Assembly (NCBI GenBank): GCA_014730275.1
Contig: WJIL01000068.1
Span: forward strand, 87,527-151,526
Direction: 5' to 3'
DNA length: 64,000 nt
DNA from: Promethearchaeota archaeon
GTDB lineage: Archaea > Asgardarchaeota > Thorarchaeia > Thorarchaeales > Thorarchaeaceae
Shown here: positions 8,853-19,047 of the stretch, one piece after another
How positions within the stretch are numbered: position 1 is the stretch's first letter
Layout: each line of letters opens with the position of its first letter
Made by a program: the position numbers and the translations under genes
The notes under the pieces: model-generated
Seen by the model: only the letters and a program-made list of their open reading frames with translations
Told to the model about the DNA's origin: nothing
The model's database searches: none

Positions 8853-10028
8853 GTGCCAACAAATGTCTCGCCTGAATTCGATGCTCAAAGGAAGGTTTAC
8901 GAGGAGGAAACCAACTTAGAGCAGAAAATTAAGGAGTTGGAGAAGCTAATTTCTCTATTACCCCGTCACAAAGGCGCAGAAAACATGCGAGGGCATTATC
9001 GCAGAAAACTTGCCAAGCTAAAGGAAGAACTACAAAAAAAGAGAGAACAAGAGAAACTAAGACGGAGCGGGAGGGCAGAAGAGGGAGCTGTACGAAAGGA
9101 GGGCGCAGGACAAGTATGTCTTCTTGGGATGGCAAATAGTGGGAAGTCTAGTATCATAAACGCGGTTACAAACGCTGAATTTGACATTGCAGATTATCCC
9201 TATACCACCCCGAAACCCACACCGGCGATGCTCAAACTCGAAGATATCAACATCCAGCTTGTCGAATTGCCTGGCGTATTTAAAGGCAGTTATGATTCCG
9301 ACATGGGTAGAAAGTCATTATCTGTGGCAAGAAATGCTGATTGTATTGCACTCATCATCGATTTATCCAGAAACGTTTTAGACCAGATGGAAACAATCAA
9401 ACGTGAGCTAGACCGTGCGGGAATACGTCTCAACAGAGAACCTAGTGCTGTCAGAGTTGAACGGGTAGGAATGGGAGGGCTGCAGGTATACGGAGTCGAT
9501 AAGTTTCACGGATCCAAGAAAGAAGTCTATGAATTCCTCCAGAAACGAAAAATACGTAATATGATAGTTAGATTCCAGAAAGAAGCAACACTGCAAGACT
9601 TGGAGGATGCCCTTGATGCGAGTGTTGCATACGTTCGAGCACTTATAATAGCAACCAAGGGTGATGCCCCAGGTTCCGAAGAGCAGTATGAATCTCTTCA
9701 AGAACACTATTCTGACAGATTTGAAATAGTTCCAATTTCCATAGCTGAAGATAAGAATATAGAGAAGATGAATTGGGCGCTATATGATAATCTGGATATT
9801 CTACGAGTTTACACGAAGATTCCAGGAAAGGACAGAGAAGACAAACCGATAGTCCTTCCAAAGGGATCGATAGTCGAGGACGCAGCGGAGAAAGTTCACA
9901 AGGAGCTTTTCGTAGAGAGATTTCGTGCTGCAGTTATTATTCGAAACGATGCCAAAGTTCAACGTCGACAGGTCGGCTTGAAGTATCCCCTCAACGATGG
10001 GGATATACTACAGTTAATGCATTCATAA
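8853..10028 (+). CDS. GTP-binding protein of the OBG/DRG family with a C-terminal TGS domain
   Basis: N-terminal coiled/HTH region, GTPase G1 GMANSGKSS, and a C-terminal TGS-like segment (LRVYTKIPGK...DGDILQLM). Confidence 0.8.
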   Translation: MPTNVSPEFDAQRKVYEEETNLEQKIKELEKLISLLPRHKGAENMRGHYRRKLAKLKEELQKKREQEKLRRSGRAEEGAVRKEGAGQVCLLGMANSGKSSIINAVTNAEFDIADYPYTTPKPTPAMLKLEDINIQLVELPGVFKGSYDSDMGRKSLSVARNADCIALIIDLSRNVLDQMETIKRELDRAGIRLNREPSAVRVERVGMGGLQVYGVDKFHGSKKEVYEFLQKRKIRNMIVRFQKEATLQDLEDALDASVAYVRALIIATKGDAPGSEEQYESLQEHYSDRFEIVPISIAEDKNIEKMNWALYDNLDILRVYTKIPGKDREDKPIVLPKGSIVEDAAEKVHKELFVERFRAAVIIRNDAKVQRRQVGLKYPLNDGDILQLMHS

Positions 10029-10046
10029 TTAGGTGGTGCCGTTATT

Positions 10047-10781
10047 GTGAGTGAATTCCCCAATATTATCGTGGTGCTTGTTGAGCCGGAGACACCGGGT
10101 AATGTGGGGTTCACCTCTAGAGTGCTTGCAAATTTTGGGGTATCTAAGCTTAGGATAGTAGGTGTGGATCCTCGATATGATGATGAAGCACAGATATTCG
10201 CAGTTAACGCAAAAGATGTCTTAGAATCAGCACAAATATACGAGACGCTAGATGCTGCTCTTGAAGACATCCATGAAGCGTGGGCAGCAACAGCTAGAAT
10301 TGGAAAAAATCACAACGTGACGCGGGCTGCTGTTCCCTTGCCCGATATACCAAATCCGAAAACTCTCGATGCAAATGTTGCATTGGTATTTGGACGGGAA
10401 AGCAACGGATTGACAAATGATGAGGTTTCTCTTTGTGATTTGATATTCACAATTCCAGCTTCAGAGGAATACAATAGTCTGAATCTAAGTCATGCTGTCG
10501 CAGTGACACTGTATCACCTTTTCGAAAACTATGCTGAAGAAGAGCCTCCTGAGCCCAGTGATGCAAGACCTGCAACCAGACAGCAACGAGAAATCGTCAA
10601 CAGGTTTTTCGAAAAAGCAATCGATTGTGTAGATATCCAAGATTACCGCCGGCCTATAGCAAAGCAAGTCTTCCGCAATCTCCTAGGTCGTGCATATATG
10701 ACTGGCCGGGAAGTAGCAACATTAACCGGAATAATCCGCAAATTCAAGGAATTGGCCTGTGATAGTGAGCCGGAGGATTAG
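10047..10781 (+). CDS. trmJ: SpoU/TrmH-class tRNA 2'-O-methyltransferase (TrmJ-like)
   Basis: IVVLVEPETPGNVGFTSRVLANFG ... VALVFGRESNGLTNDE ... SLNLSHAVAV. A clear SPOUT TrmJ pattern. Confidence 0.75.
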   Translation: MSEFPNIIVVLVEPETPGNVGFTSRVLANFGVSKLRIVGVDPRYDDEAQIFAVNAKDVLESAQIYETLDAALEDIHEAWAATARIGKNHNVTRAAVPLPDIPNPKTLDANVALVFGRESNGLTNDEVSLCDLIFTIPASEEYNSLNLSHAVAVTLYHLFENYAEEEPPEPSDARPATRQQREIVNRFFEKAIDCVDIQDYRRPIAKQVFRNLLGRAYMTGREVATLTGIIRKFKELACDSEPED

Positions 10782-11320
10782 TATGTACCATATCCTAGTT
10801 TTCGGCGGAGCTCAGGATCGATTTCATCAAATTCAATCCTACATGAAGTTGGAAGCTTGTATGAGGCCTTCTTCAGGGCTTTCCTTGCATCTTTTAGGCT
10901 CTCCCGATTACATCGCACAGTAAGAATCGCCTGATGCCTGTCCACTCTTGCGGCCCTTCCAATAACCTTCCCAAATGCTTTCCGCATACCATCTTGAACA
11001 CGGTCTGCACCTGCTCCTGAAATCATTTTGTTCTCCCTGAGGAAATGGAAAGGCTTGATTCTTACCCGCAGATGGTATTTTGGACGAGTTACATTACGAA
11101 GTAGCCATCTATTAGCGGCGACACGAGCTGCTTCAAGTGAATGATGTCGTATCTGGCAGGTTTGAAGAGCCACCAATGATATCTTGATTTCGAAGTCTCC
11201 CTTTGTGTTTCCCATGTCAAAGCTTGTTATCCTCATGGGTGGTTGTCGATGTATGTACTTCTTGCGTACAAAGGGGGGACGGTCTTGAAGTCTGTAACAA
11301 TGTCCGGGTCGTCTTCCCAT
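10778..11320 (-). CDS. rpl10e: Ribosomal protein L10e (uL16)
   Basis: MGRRPGHCYR N-terminus and overall L10e similarity. Confidence 0.9.
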   Translation of the reverse strand: MGRRPGHCYRLQDRPPFVRKKYIHRQPPMRITSFDMGNTKGDFEIKISLVALQTCQIRHHSLEAARVAANRWLLRNVTRPKYHLRVRIKPFHFLRENKMISGAGADRVQDGMRKAFGKVIGRAARVDRHQAILTVRCNRESLKDARKALKKASYKLPTSCRIEFDEIDPELRRKLGYGTY

Positions 11321-11469
11321 TCTACTTCACCTAGTTGTTTGGTCTGAGGCCTTATGCAGCCAACTTATAGCCGCACACTTTGTGAAATCAATAAAAGGAT
11401 TGCGGCATGGAGGGCGAAAGGTGTTCCAAACCATATATGGAGGATAACTAGCAAAACAGGAAACAGAAT

Positions 11470-12411
11470 CTAATTCAACAGCGCGGCAATCATAAACGGA
11501 AAAATGATTGTTGCGTCGCCAATCACCGTCTCAAAAGCACCAGTTTCCTGCACTTTCTCCCATGATACGCCTTCTTTAAGTGGTGCACCACCGAGACTCC
11601 CCCCTTCCGGCCGATCTAGAGTTATTTGTATTGCAAGATCCAACCCACCTCTCAAGATGGTGCTACCCATTGTGAAATGCTTCGTAAGTCCACCGCCCAA
11701 AATCACTGCACCGGTACGGTTAGCTGACTGCACCATTTTACCCAAAATTCTCATATCTTTGACAAAATCCAGTGAGCACATCTTTGTAGTACTGTATGTG
11801 TACAAATGAAAGCCAAGCATGGAATCAATCAAACCAGGTGAAAAGATGGGAACATCTGCTTTCGCAGCCTGAAAGGTAATAGAGTTTTCATCATTCAAAG
11901 AAAGCCCAAGTTTGTAAAGGAACTCGCTTGGTGATATATTCGTTCTTTGTTTCTGAGGAAGACTGTCAAGGAAATCATAGATTTTTCCTTCAAAAAGCTC
12001 GAAATCATCATCCCGAACGGTTATGTCTGCAATGCGACCCAATCCTCCTTTTCGTAATTCGCCATCAGTTTTCCCCCCTGGAACTCTGTAGTGTGAACCA
12101 CCATATGCCTCAATCAAATCATGAACAATGTTGGCACCACTCGTTACTATAGCATCAACCATGCCATTCTCAACAAGGCGTGTTATCACCAATCTAAGAC
12201 CGCCTGGAACCATCGGGCCAGACATCGCTAGGAAAGTGAAACACTGTGGTTCATTAACTATCCGCTCCAAGATTGCCATAGAACGTCCCAGCCTTCCAGC
12301 ACCAAGAACACCAATTTTTCGCATTGAGTGGATGATTTCCTTTGCGGAAGACTCGCTTCGTGGATCGATGTGTTCCACCTTATCCATTCGGTTCACCAAT
12401 TGGAACAGCAT
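11470..12411 (-). CDS. dys: Deoxyhypusine synthase
   Basis: 313 aa, DHS family motifs (SGPMVPGGLR, VDAIVTSGANIVHDL, GGGLTKHF). Confidence 0.85.
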   Translation of the reverse strand: MLFQLVNRMDKVEHIDPRSESSAKEIIHSMRKIGVLGAGRLGRSMAILERIVNEPQCFTFLAMSGPMVPGGLRLVITRLVENGMVDAIVTSGANIVHDLIEAYGGSHYRVPGGKTDGELRKGGLGRIADITVRDDDFELFEGKIYDFLDSLPQKQRTNISPSEFLYKLGLSLNDENSITFQAAKADVPIFSPGLIDSMLGFHLYTYSTTKMCSLDFVKDMRILGKMVQSANRTGAVILGGGLTKHFTMGSTILRGGLDLAIQITLDRPEGGSLGGAPLKEGVSWEKVQETGAFETVIGDATIIFPFMIAALLN

Positions 12412-12651
12412 ATTTCAGGGTGATAAGGGTATTGAAGAAAAAGTAACGCGAGTCCAGATTCATTCCGGGAGGGCATTTATCTGGACACGCGTATCTGCAC
12501 GAAGCATATGATGTGATGAAAGATACAGGATTCAGTCTTTTGCCATGAATGTTTCTTCTTAATCGAACTCCTGTGTTGGGGAGAGGGATAACTGAAAGTA
12601 TTGAGTGCACCACTCAACAAGTTTAAGCGTAGTTGAAGCTCACCTTTCATT

Positions 12652-13302
12652 ATGCAAATAACGATACCCGCGGAGCTGCTCACATATTTGATTATAGGAG
12701 CCGCCTTGCTCATCCAATTCATGTGGATGTGGCTAATCAGAAAAGGGCGTGATTTCTACCTTCGAGATATTGCCCATTTGAGAAAGCCTTCTGGAACACT
12801 ATCAAAATACTATCATTGGCGTATCTCAAAGATACGGAATGCGGTGGGAGAAGGAGTGGCATTCGAATTGATTCTCATAGCGGGGATACTGGGGATTTCC
12901 TATTTGATTTCGTCAATATCTGCCCTCCTTCAAACATTGCCAATAGTATTGATGGTGACAGTATTGTCTCTCATTAGCATCATTCAAGGAGTCAGACGAG
13001 TAAGAAGACTCACTCAAGAAGAACAGAAGGTACTTGGCAGGTTGGAAAAGGCTGAATACAAGGTTGAGGAAGTGCGAGACATCGTTGATAATTTGGCACA
13101 GGCCGGCAAAGAAGGCAGTGGCGAAACTTGGTTTGTGCTATTTAAGCTTGCAACCAAGCAGACCCCAATAGGCGTATCTATCAGAGAAGTATTACAGGAA
13201 AGAGCTAAACAACTGTCCAAGAAAGCGAAAAAAGCACAGCTTGACTTGCCATTGAAAGAGGAATCTGAGGGGGATAAAGGTCCAGCCATTGAATTTGAAT
13301 AA
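12652..13302 (+). CDS. Hypothetical membrane protein with a C-terminal coiled-coil, charged tail
   Basis: Three hydrophobic segments followed by a K/E-rich region. No family recognised. Confidence 0.45.
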   Translation: MQITIPAELLTYLIIGAALLIQFMWMWLIRKGRDFYLRDIAHLRKPSGTLSKYYHWRISKIRNAVGEGVAFELILIAGILGISYLISSISALLQTLPIVLMVTVLSLISIIQGVRRVRRLTQEEQKVLGRLEKAEYKVEEVRDIVDNLAQAGKEGSGETWFVLFKLATKQTPIGVSIREVLQERAKQLSKKAKKAQLDLPLKEESEGDKGPAIEFE

Positions 13303-13376
13303 AATCTTATTCAGCAAGTCTTATATGAAATATATAGAGCGTGAACGAGAACGCCCCAAAAGGAGAAACAAACACA

Positions 13377-13661
13377 ATGTCCAACAATGAAATGCTAAAG
13401 GGTCGAAAAGGCGTTGTAACTAGCTACAGAAGAGGCAAACATAAGCAGCATACAAACCAAGTTCTTCTAAAGTTTCAGGAAATAGATTCTAGATCTACAG
13501 CTTCGGCTCTTATTGGCCGCGGAGTAAAATGGACGTCCCCGAAGGGAAAGGAAATCCAAGGAAAAATCGTGGGCGTTCATGGAAACAATGGTGTTGTCCG
13601 CGCAAGTTTCAGGAGGAACCTCCCCGGGCAAGCAATAGGAACTGGCGTTCAACTGAAATAG
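13377..13661 (+). CDS. rpl35ae: Ribosomal protein L35Ae
   Basis: KGVVTSYRRGKH...ALIGRGVKWTSPKGKEIQGKIVGVHGNNGVVRASFRRNLPGQAIG. AGGAG sits 11 nt upstream of the ATG at 13377. Confidence 0.85.
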   Translation: MSNNEMLKGRKGVVTSYRRGKHKQHTNQVLLKFQEIDSRSTASALIGRGVKWTSPKGKEIQGKIVGVHGNNGVVRASFRRNLPGQAIGTGVQLK

Positions 13662-13855
13662 TCATATCCGTATGTTTTTGATTGATGGATGACTACTGAG
13701 TATTGGCTCCGATGACGATAATGGCTAGCTGAGGGTGTTCAACCCAATGAAGTTTCATAGTTAAGCCGAGGAGTCACTATCATGTTTGAATGTCCCAAGT
13801 GTACCGACTACTTCTTGCCCATAGCTAGACAGCATGACAAATGGAGTGAGTTCAC

Positions 13856-14410
13856 GTGATAGAAGTGGTTTTGTTCTTACTAGCTTATTTCGGGGCAGGT
13901 TTCACTCTGAAAATGGGTGATGATTTTTTGGATGATTATGGACAACCAAGCTACGCGTGGTTGCCATTTGCTGTATCTGGTGCATTGTTCGGGTTTCTGA
14001 TGGCAGAATCCCAATGGGACTTGCTGTTGTTTTCATCGATTGTAATTGGGGTTTTGGTATCCGGGAAAGTGAATAAACCCCAATTTAGTATTGGATTCAT
14101 CATGATTGGAATCATGTTGTTAATACGAGGTTTTCCAATCATTACTTCTCTAACCGAGTGGTTGCTAGTTCTTGTAATCCTCTTGATAGCATCCGTTGTT
14201 GACGAACGAGGAAATGATTGGGCGGACAGACAACAGACCATTTTTGCATCCAATTTTTTCAAATACCGATTCACTTTGAAGATTTCAGTTCTGTTTCTAA
14301 GCGTATTTTGGCCAGGATTCTGGAAAACTGCGGTGGGTTTGTGGTTATTTGATATGGGATACGAAATTGCCGGCATGGTGGATAGAAAACGCGTTCAAGA
14401 CAACCATTGA
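13856..14410 (+). CDS. Hypothetical integral membrane protein
   Basis: 184-aa ORF with 5-6 hydrophobic helices. No family recognised. Confidence 0.45.
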   Translation: MIEVVLFLLAYFGAGFTLKMGDDFLDDYGQPSYAWLPFAVSGALFGFLMAESQWDLLLFSSIVIGVLVSGKVNKPQFSIGFIMIGIMLLIRGFPIITSLTEWLLVLVILLIASVVDERGNDWADRQQTIFASNFFKYRFTLKISVLFLSVFWPGFWKTAVGLWLFDMGYEIAGMVDRKRVQDNH

Positions 14411-15414
14411 TATGCGAGGGTACAACAGACATCTAAGAAGACTGGATGTAGTCCTTTTTCCTTGGCAAAATCTACGCCCTCTTGGCTTGGCAAAGCAATT
14501 CCATTAACACCCGCCTGAATTGCCAATTTATCAGTTTGTATCTTATGGTCTCCAAGGGGTCTCGCACAACCTAGCAAGAGGGGAATTTGTTCTAAACCAA
14601 GTCTTGCGATAGTGAGTATTTTTCCGACAACTTCTGGAGCTGGGGGCGTAACCTCTTCCATGGGGGTATTCCGGACAGGGCTGAGGACAATTATCACAAG
14701 AGCTGCGGGTGAGAAGCCTGCAATCATGTCCAGCGCCTCAAGTTCACCCCCAAGTTTGCCATAATTCAAACCAACCAGAATATGAGGAGCAGTAGGAATC
14801 TTAAAGTTGTTTAACATTCGCAATGATTCAATCATTTTCTCTGGTGCATTATCAATGTGATAGACCTGCTCTGCTACATCTGAGGATCCGATGATATCAA
14901 GCATAACAGCATCAACATCCGCTTTCTTCAGCATAAGAGCTGTATCCTCGGTCACAAGACCTGTATGAACCACGACTTTCAGTCCTAATTCCTTCTTTGC
15001 ATAGGCAATTGCCTCACCGAATTGATTAATGGGTACATGTCCAGAGGGATCTGAGCCCCCACTAATCAGCGCTCCCTCGCCGCCCCGTTCACTAATCTTC
15101 TTGCATTCAGACATCAGTTCCTCAGGAGTCACAGTAGGTTTCATACCGTTGAGCAATCGACCCTTACAATGTTCACACATTAGTGAACATGATAAGCCGG
15201 TTACACTAAGTGAGGGATAATTAAACCGATTTGATTGTTCGTGACTATCTATCTTGTAAGGATAAGCAGTAGGACTATAGCAGAGAAGGTCATTGCCAAA
15301 GCGACTCAGTCGTGATTCAAAAGCTTCTTCCATAAGTGGCATAGTGTATTCAAATGGGGATTCAAGAATCTCTTGTCCTTCCTCTAATATCCTAAAGGTC
15401 AAGTTGGTAGCCAA
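14395..15414 (-). CDS. Radical SAM domain protein (BioB/ThiH/HydE-like size and layout)
   Basis: CSLMCEHC (Cx3Cx2C) cluster motif about 75 aa from the N-terminus. 339 aa. Glycine-rich SAM-binding segment (GGEGALISGGSDP). Confidence 0.7.
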   Translation of the reverse strand: MATNLTFRILEEGQEILESPFEYTMPLMEEAFESRLSRFGNDLLCYSPTAYPYKIDSHEQSNRFNYPSLSVTGLSCSLMCEHCKGRLLNGMKPTVTPEELMSECKKISERGGEGALISGGSDPSGHVPINQFGEAIAYAKKELGLKVVVHTGLVTEDTALMLKKADVDAVMLDIIGSSDVAEQVYHIDNAPEKMIESLRMLNNFKIPTAPHILVGLNYGKLGGELEALDMIAGFSPAALVIIVLSPVRNTPMEEVTPPAPEVVGKILTIARLGLEQIPLLLGCARPLGDHKIQTDKLAIQAGVNGIALPSQEGVDFAKEKGLHPVFLDVCCTLAYQWLS

Positions 15415-15534
15415 ATATCTCTATGTGATGCGGACTATTAGCATTTTGATGTCGGACCGAAATGCCACACACAAAGTTACAAGTATAGCTTCTTCATGGG
15501 GGAACAAGAGCCTCATGACAGTATCTAAGACTGG

Positions 15535-16977
15535 GTGATTGATGTGGCAAACAACAATACTGATGAAATTGATGTCTTCTTCAACGCTAGAAGTGTTGCA
15601 ATTTATGGCGCTTCTCAGTCACCAAATAGCGTTGGACAGGCAATAGTCCAGAATTTCATAAAACCGCAGTATACTGGAAAAGTGTACGCTGTTAATCCGA
15701 AGTATGATCAAGTACTCGGTGTTCCTTGCTTTCCCAACCTACAAGAGATACCAGGCCCTGTCGATCTCGTTGTAGTAGCTGTACCCGCCCGAATAGCACC
15801 ACGTGTTTTCGAAGATATTGGTAAGAAGGGATCAAAAGCTGCAATCGTAATTTCAGGCGGTTTCTCTGAGACTGGGGAGAAGGGGGCACAGTTAGAAAAC
15901 GAGATTGTCGATATCGCACAGAAGTATGGGATTCGCATAATCGGGCCCAATTGTGTTGGTGTTATTGACACGCAAACAAATGTCGATACATTCTTCTTAC
16001 CAGAATACCGGTGCGGTAGGCCAAAACCAAGTAACGTCGCCAATATTTCGCTTGTCTCCCAGTCAGGCGCATTCGCAGCTGCAATTGCAGACTGGACATC
16101 AGAACTAGGACTAGGGATTAGCAAGATTATCAGTTTGGGGAACAAATGCGATGTCGATGATGACGATCTCCTTTCCTACCTCGCTGAGGATGATTCAACA
16201 CAGGTCATCTGTTACTACACCGAAGGCTATGATAAAATGGGAGGGCGTTCCTTCTACAGACATGCAAAAGAGATTACTCATCACAAGCCAGTAATCGTTT
16301 GTAAGTCAGGTAGAGGTGAAAGAGCCAAACGTGCCGCCAGCTCCCACACTGGTTCAATTGCAGGATCAGATAACATTGCAGATGCGGCGTATAAGCAATC
16401 CGGTATTATCCGCGCAGACAACTTCGAGTACATGTTTGATATGGCAAAAGGATTGGCAATGCAACCAGCCGCTAAAGGTGATCGGGTCCTCATAGTAACT
16501 AACGGCGGAGGCCTGGGCGTAATGACCACAGATGCTCTTGAGGCAATTGGATTGGCTATTCCACCACCATCCCCAGAATTGCATGAGAAATTGAACGAAA
16601 GGCTACCCGGCTACTGTGCCATAGGTAACCCAATTGATGTTGTAGGGGATTCGGATTCTAGCCGGTATGATATCGCATTTGAGGAGGCCATCAGTAGCGG
16701 CGAGTATGATATCATTGTTGTAGGGATGTTGCTACAAACACCGAGTCTCGGCATGGATATCACCAACGTAATAGCAAATCACCAACGCCAATCAGAATTC
16801 CCGTTTGTTGTAGTGTCAATGGGCGGGGCTTTTACGACGAAAGCAGGCGAGGTAATGGAATTAATGGGTTGCCCCACATATGCCACAGGAGAAAAAGCAG
16901 CACTGGCAGCTAAGGCACTTGCCGAGTTTGGAGAAGTCAAATTCGGCGATGAATTCAATAAGACTGTAGATGCCTGA
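15535..16977 (+). CDS. acdA: Acetyl-CoA synthetase (ADP-forming), alpha subunit (CoA-binding/ligase-CoA domains)
   Basis: SVAIYGASQSPNSVG, VVVAVPA, GPNCVG, SQSGAF. Typical NDP-forming acyl-CoA synthetase alpha. Confidence 0.85.
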   Translation: MIDVANNNTDEIDVFFNARSVAIYGASQSPNSVGQAIVQNFIKPQYTGKVYAVNPKYDQVLGVPCFPNLQEIPGPVDLVVVAVPARIAPRVFEDIGKKGSKAAIVISGGFSETGEKGAQLENEIVDIAQKYGIRIIGPNCVGVIDTQTNVDTFFLPEYRCGRPKPSNVANISLVSQSGAFAAAIADWTSELGLGISKIISLGNKCDVDDDDLLSYLAEDDSTQVICYYTEGYDKMGGRSFYRHAKEITHHKPVIVCKSGRGERAKRAASSHTGSIAGSDNIADAAYKQSGIIRADNFEYMFDMAKGLAMQPAAKGDRVLIVTNGGGLGVMTTDALEAIGLAIPPPSPELHEKLNERLPGYCAIGNPIDVVGDSDSSRYDIAFEEAISSGEYDIIVVGMLLQTPSLGMDITNVIANHQRQSEFPFVVVSMGGAFTTKAGEVMELMGCPTYATGEKAALAAKALAEFGEVKFGDEFNKTVDA

Positions 16978-17031
16978 GAAACCATAAATATGAGTGACAA
17001 ATGTTCATGATAAAGACAGAGGTCTGATAGA

Positions 17032-17760
17032 TTGAAGATTGCAAAGGAGATATTCGAAACCGCGCGCGAAGAAGGAAGGACCTTCGTTTTGGAACACGAA
17101 GCCAAGAGAATCATGCAGGAGTATGATCTTCCAATACCTGAATTCAGTACGGCTGCAACAGCTGAGGAAGCTGTCAAGGAAAGCAAAAAGATAGGATATC
17201 CAGTAGTTTTGAAGATTCTATCAAAAGATGTACTCCATAAATCCGATGCGGGCGGAGTCAAAGTCAATTTGAATAGTGATGATGAGGTCAAAGAGGCCTT
17301 CCAAGAAATCATGGAGAATGCCAAGAAATATGGGAAAGAGCAAGACCACGAGGTGGATCTCAGCAGGGGCGTATTCATTTCAGACTTCGCAGAAGAAGGA
17401 ACTGAAGTGATTGTAGGGGTTACAGAAGATCCCCAGTTTGGGCATGCACTGATGTTTGGCCTTGGGGGCATATTCGTAGAAGTCCTCAAGGACGTGACCT
17501 TCCGATTGATTCCGCTAACAGAAGTAGATGCACGCGAAATGGTCAAGGAGATAAAGGCCTCCAAGATTCTTGAAGGAGTTAGGGGTGAGCCTCCAAGGGA
17601 TGTTGATGCCCTAGTTGAGATAATCATGGCAGTCTCTAAAATGGTAGAAGAGAATCCAGAGATATCGGAACTGGACTGCAACCCCACATTTGTGTACGCT
17701 GAAGGGAAAGGGGCCACGGTCGTGGATGCCCGGATTCTGATAGAGGAAGAACAGAACTAA
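17032..17760 (+). CDS. acdB: Acetyl-CoA synthetase (ADP-forming), beta subunit (ATP-grasp)
   Basis: ATP-grasp pattern (GYPVVLKILSKDVLHKSDAGGVKVNL), directly downstream of acdA. Confidence 0.85.
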   Translation: MKIAKEIFETAREEGRTFVLEHEAKRIMQEYDLPIPEFSTAATAEEAVKESKKIGYPVVLKILSKDVLHKSDAGGVKVNLNSDDEVKEAFQEIMENAKKYGKEQDHEVDLSRGVFISDFAEEGTEVIVGVTEDPQFGHALMFGLGGIFVEVLKDVTFRLIPLTEVDAREMVKEIKASKILEGVRGEPPRDVDALVEIIMAVSKMVEENPEISELDCNPTFVYAEGKGATVVDARILIEEEQN

Positions 17761-17765
17761 TAGAT

Positions 17766-19004
17766 TTACTTACTCAGAAGCTCATAAACTGCTATCAGAC
17801 CACGCTTCAAATCCGAGTGCGAGAAGGTATCTGCATTCTCGGGTACTGAACCGATTGAGAGTAGAAGAACAAGTGACAGTAAACGGGGAACAAGGGCTGT
17901 GTGCTCAAGCAGAAACTCCCTGTTCCCAGTTGCATCGACAATGAGACCCTCCAATCTACGACTCAGCAAGCTCAAATGATGACCAAGTGTTTCTGAGAAG
18001 GTGATTTCTCTAAACAGTTTCCTAAAACGAGAAGTGTTGTCCAACAACTCTGGTGGCATTCCGGCTTGTTGAAGAAGAGTCATTGCGTTGACAATGGCCG
18101 CTTCGTACTCATTTGGCCCAACTACAGGACGGGCATGCTTGGCATTATCGAGCTGTACAAGAAAACGTAAAGAATTGGTCAAGATGTTCCTTGAGATACT
18201 TGGTAGAGTGGAGGACACCTTGGTGAGCAGTTGACTATGCTCATCTTCGAACTTCGCCGCTTGGGAAGACTCCAGACTATTTTCAAATTCGCTGGATATT
18301 CTGACTTCAACAATTCTGGGTAATTGTTCGTGAGTTCCAATCCTTCGTACCGCAGTCAATGCGAGAAATTCCTCTCGAGAAACATAGAATAGGAGAATCC
18401 GAACCAAATCATATGCAATTTCGAAATCCTCCTCATTGATTCTTGATTTTCCTTTACTCCGAGCCAAAGCTGCACAGAGGATAGCCCACGAGCTGATAGC
18501 CCCGTCACAGATGCTCTTGCGCTGCTTCTGTTCGAAATCATGTTGTTTGAGAAAACGGGAAAGGCGTTCAGCAGCCCCATCAATTCTTCCTAGCGCGCTA
18601 CTTCCCAGTTTTACCTCACTCAACGATTGTAGGAAATCACGAGGGTCACGAGATGGAGGGCGGATAATGAAGCTTGGAGCCGACCTACTCATGCGCCACC
18701 ATTTACTTGTCGAAAGAAAGTAATCAAGAACATCGACAGACAGGGTTACATCAGAGGGGGTAGAGGTATCTCTTGAGTCAAGGTAGGTTACGAGTTGAGA
18801 GAAGAGGGAAAGAAATCGAGACAGGTGAGTGGGTAGATTTTTACCTGCAAATTGATATTCAGAAAATCTTTCAACAAGAGATTTAATTCTATTCAAAGCT
18901 CCTGTTGAAAGCTCACATTTCGCTAAGCCGTGATATACATCTATTGGCTTTCGTGCCAAAGTTCGATATCTCCACTTGTCTCTGTTGTAGAGAGAAGAAA
19001 TCAT
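17766..19004 (-). CDS. Uncharacterised all-alpha protein (412 aa)
   Basis: Long ORF, leucine-rich helical composition, no recognisable catalytic motif. Co-directional downstream of uppS. Confidence 0.5.
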   Translation of the reverse strand: MISSLYNRDKWRYRTLARKPIDVYHGLAKCELSTGALNRIKSLVERFSEYQFAGKNLPTHLSRFLSLFSQLVTYLDSRDTSTPSDVTLSVDVLDYFLSTSKWWRMSRSAPSFIIRPPSRDPRDFLQSLSEVKLGSSALGRIDGAAERLSRFLKQHDFEQKQRKSICDGAISSWAILCAALARSKGKSRINEEDFEIAYDLVRILLFYVSREEFLALTAVRRIGTHEQLPRIVEVRISSEFENSLESSQAAKFEDEHSQLLTKVSSTLPSISRNILTNSLRFLVQLDNAKHARPVVGPNEYEAAIVNAMTLLQQAGMPPELLDNTSRFRKLFREITFSETLGHHLSLLSRRLEGLIVDATGNREFLLEHTALVPRLLSLVLLLSIGSVPENADTFSHSDLKRGLIAVYELLSK

Positions 19005-19047
19005 CCTGTGAATATAAAAGACTGTGTCATTGAGCTAACTAAAGAGG

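Noticed and set aside
16779-17717. 312-aa Ser/Thr-rich ORF antisense to acdA/acdB
   Set aside because: Low-complexity translation overlapping two strongly supported genes. A typical shadow ORF.
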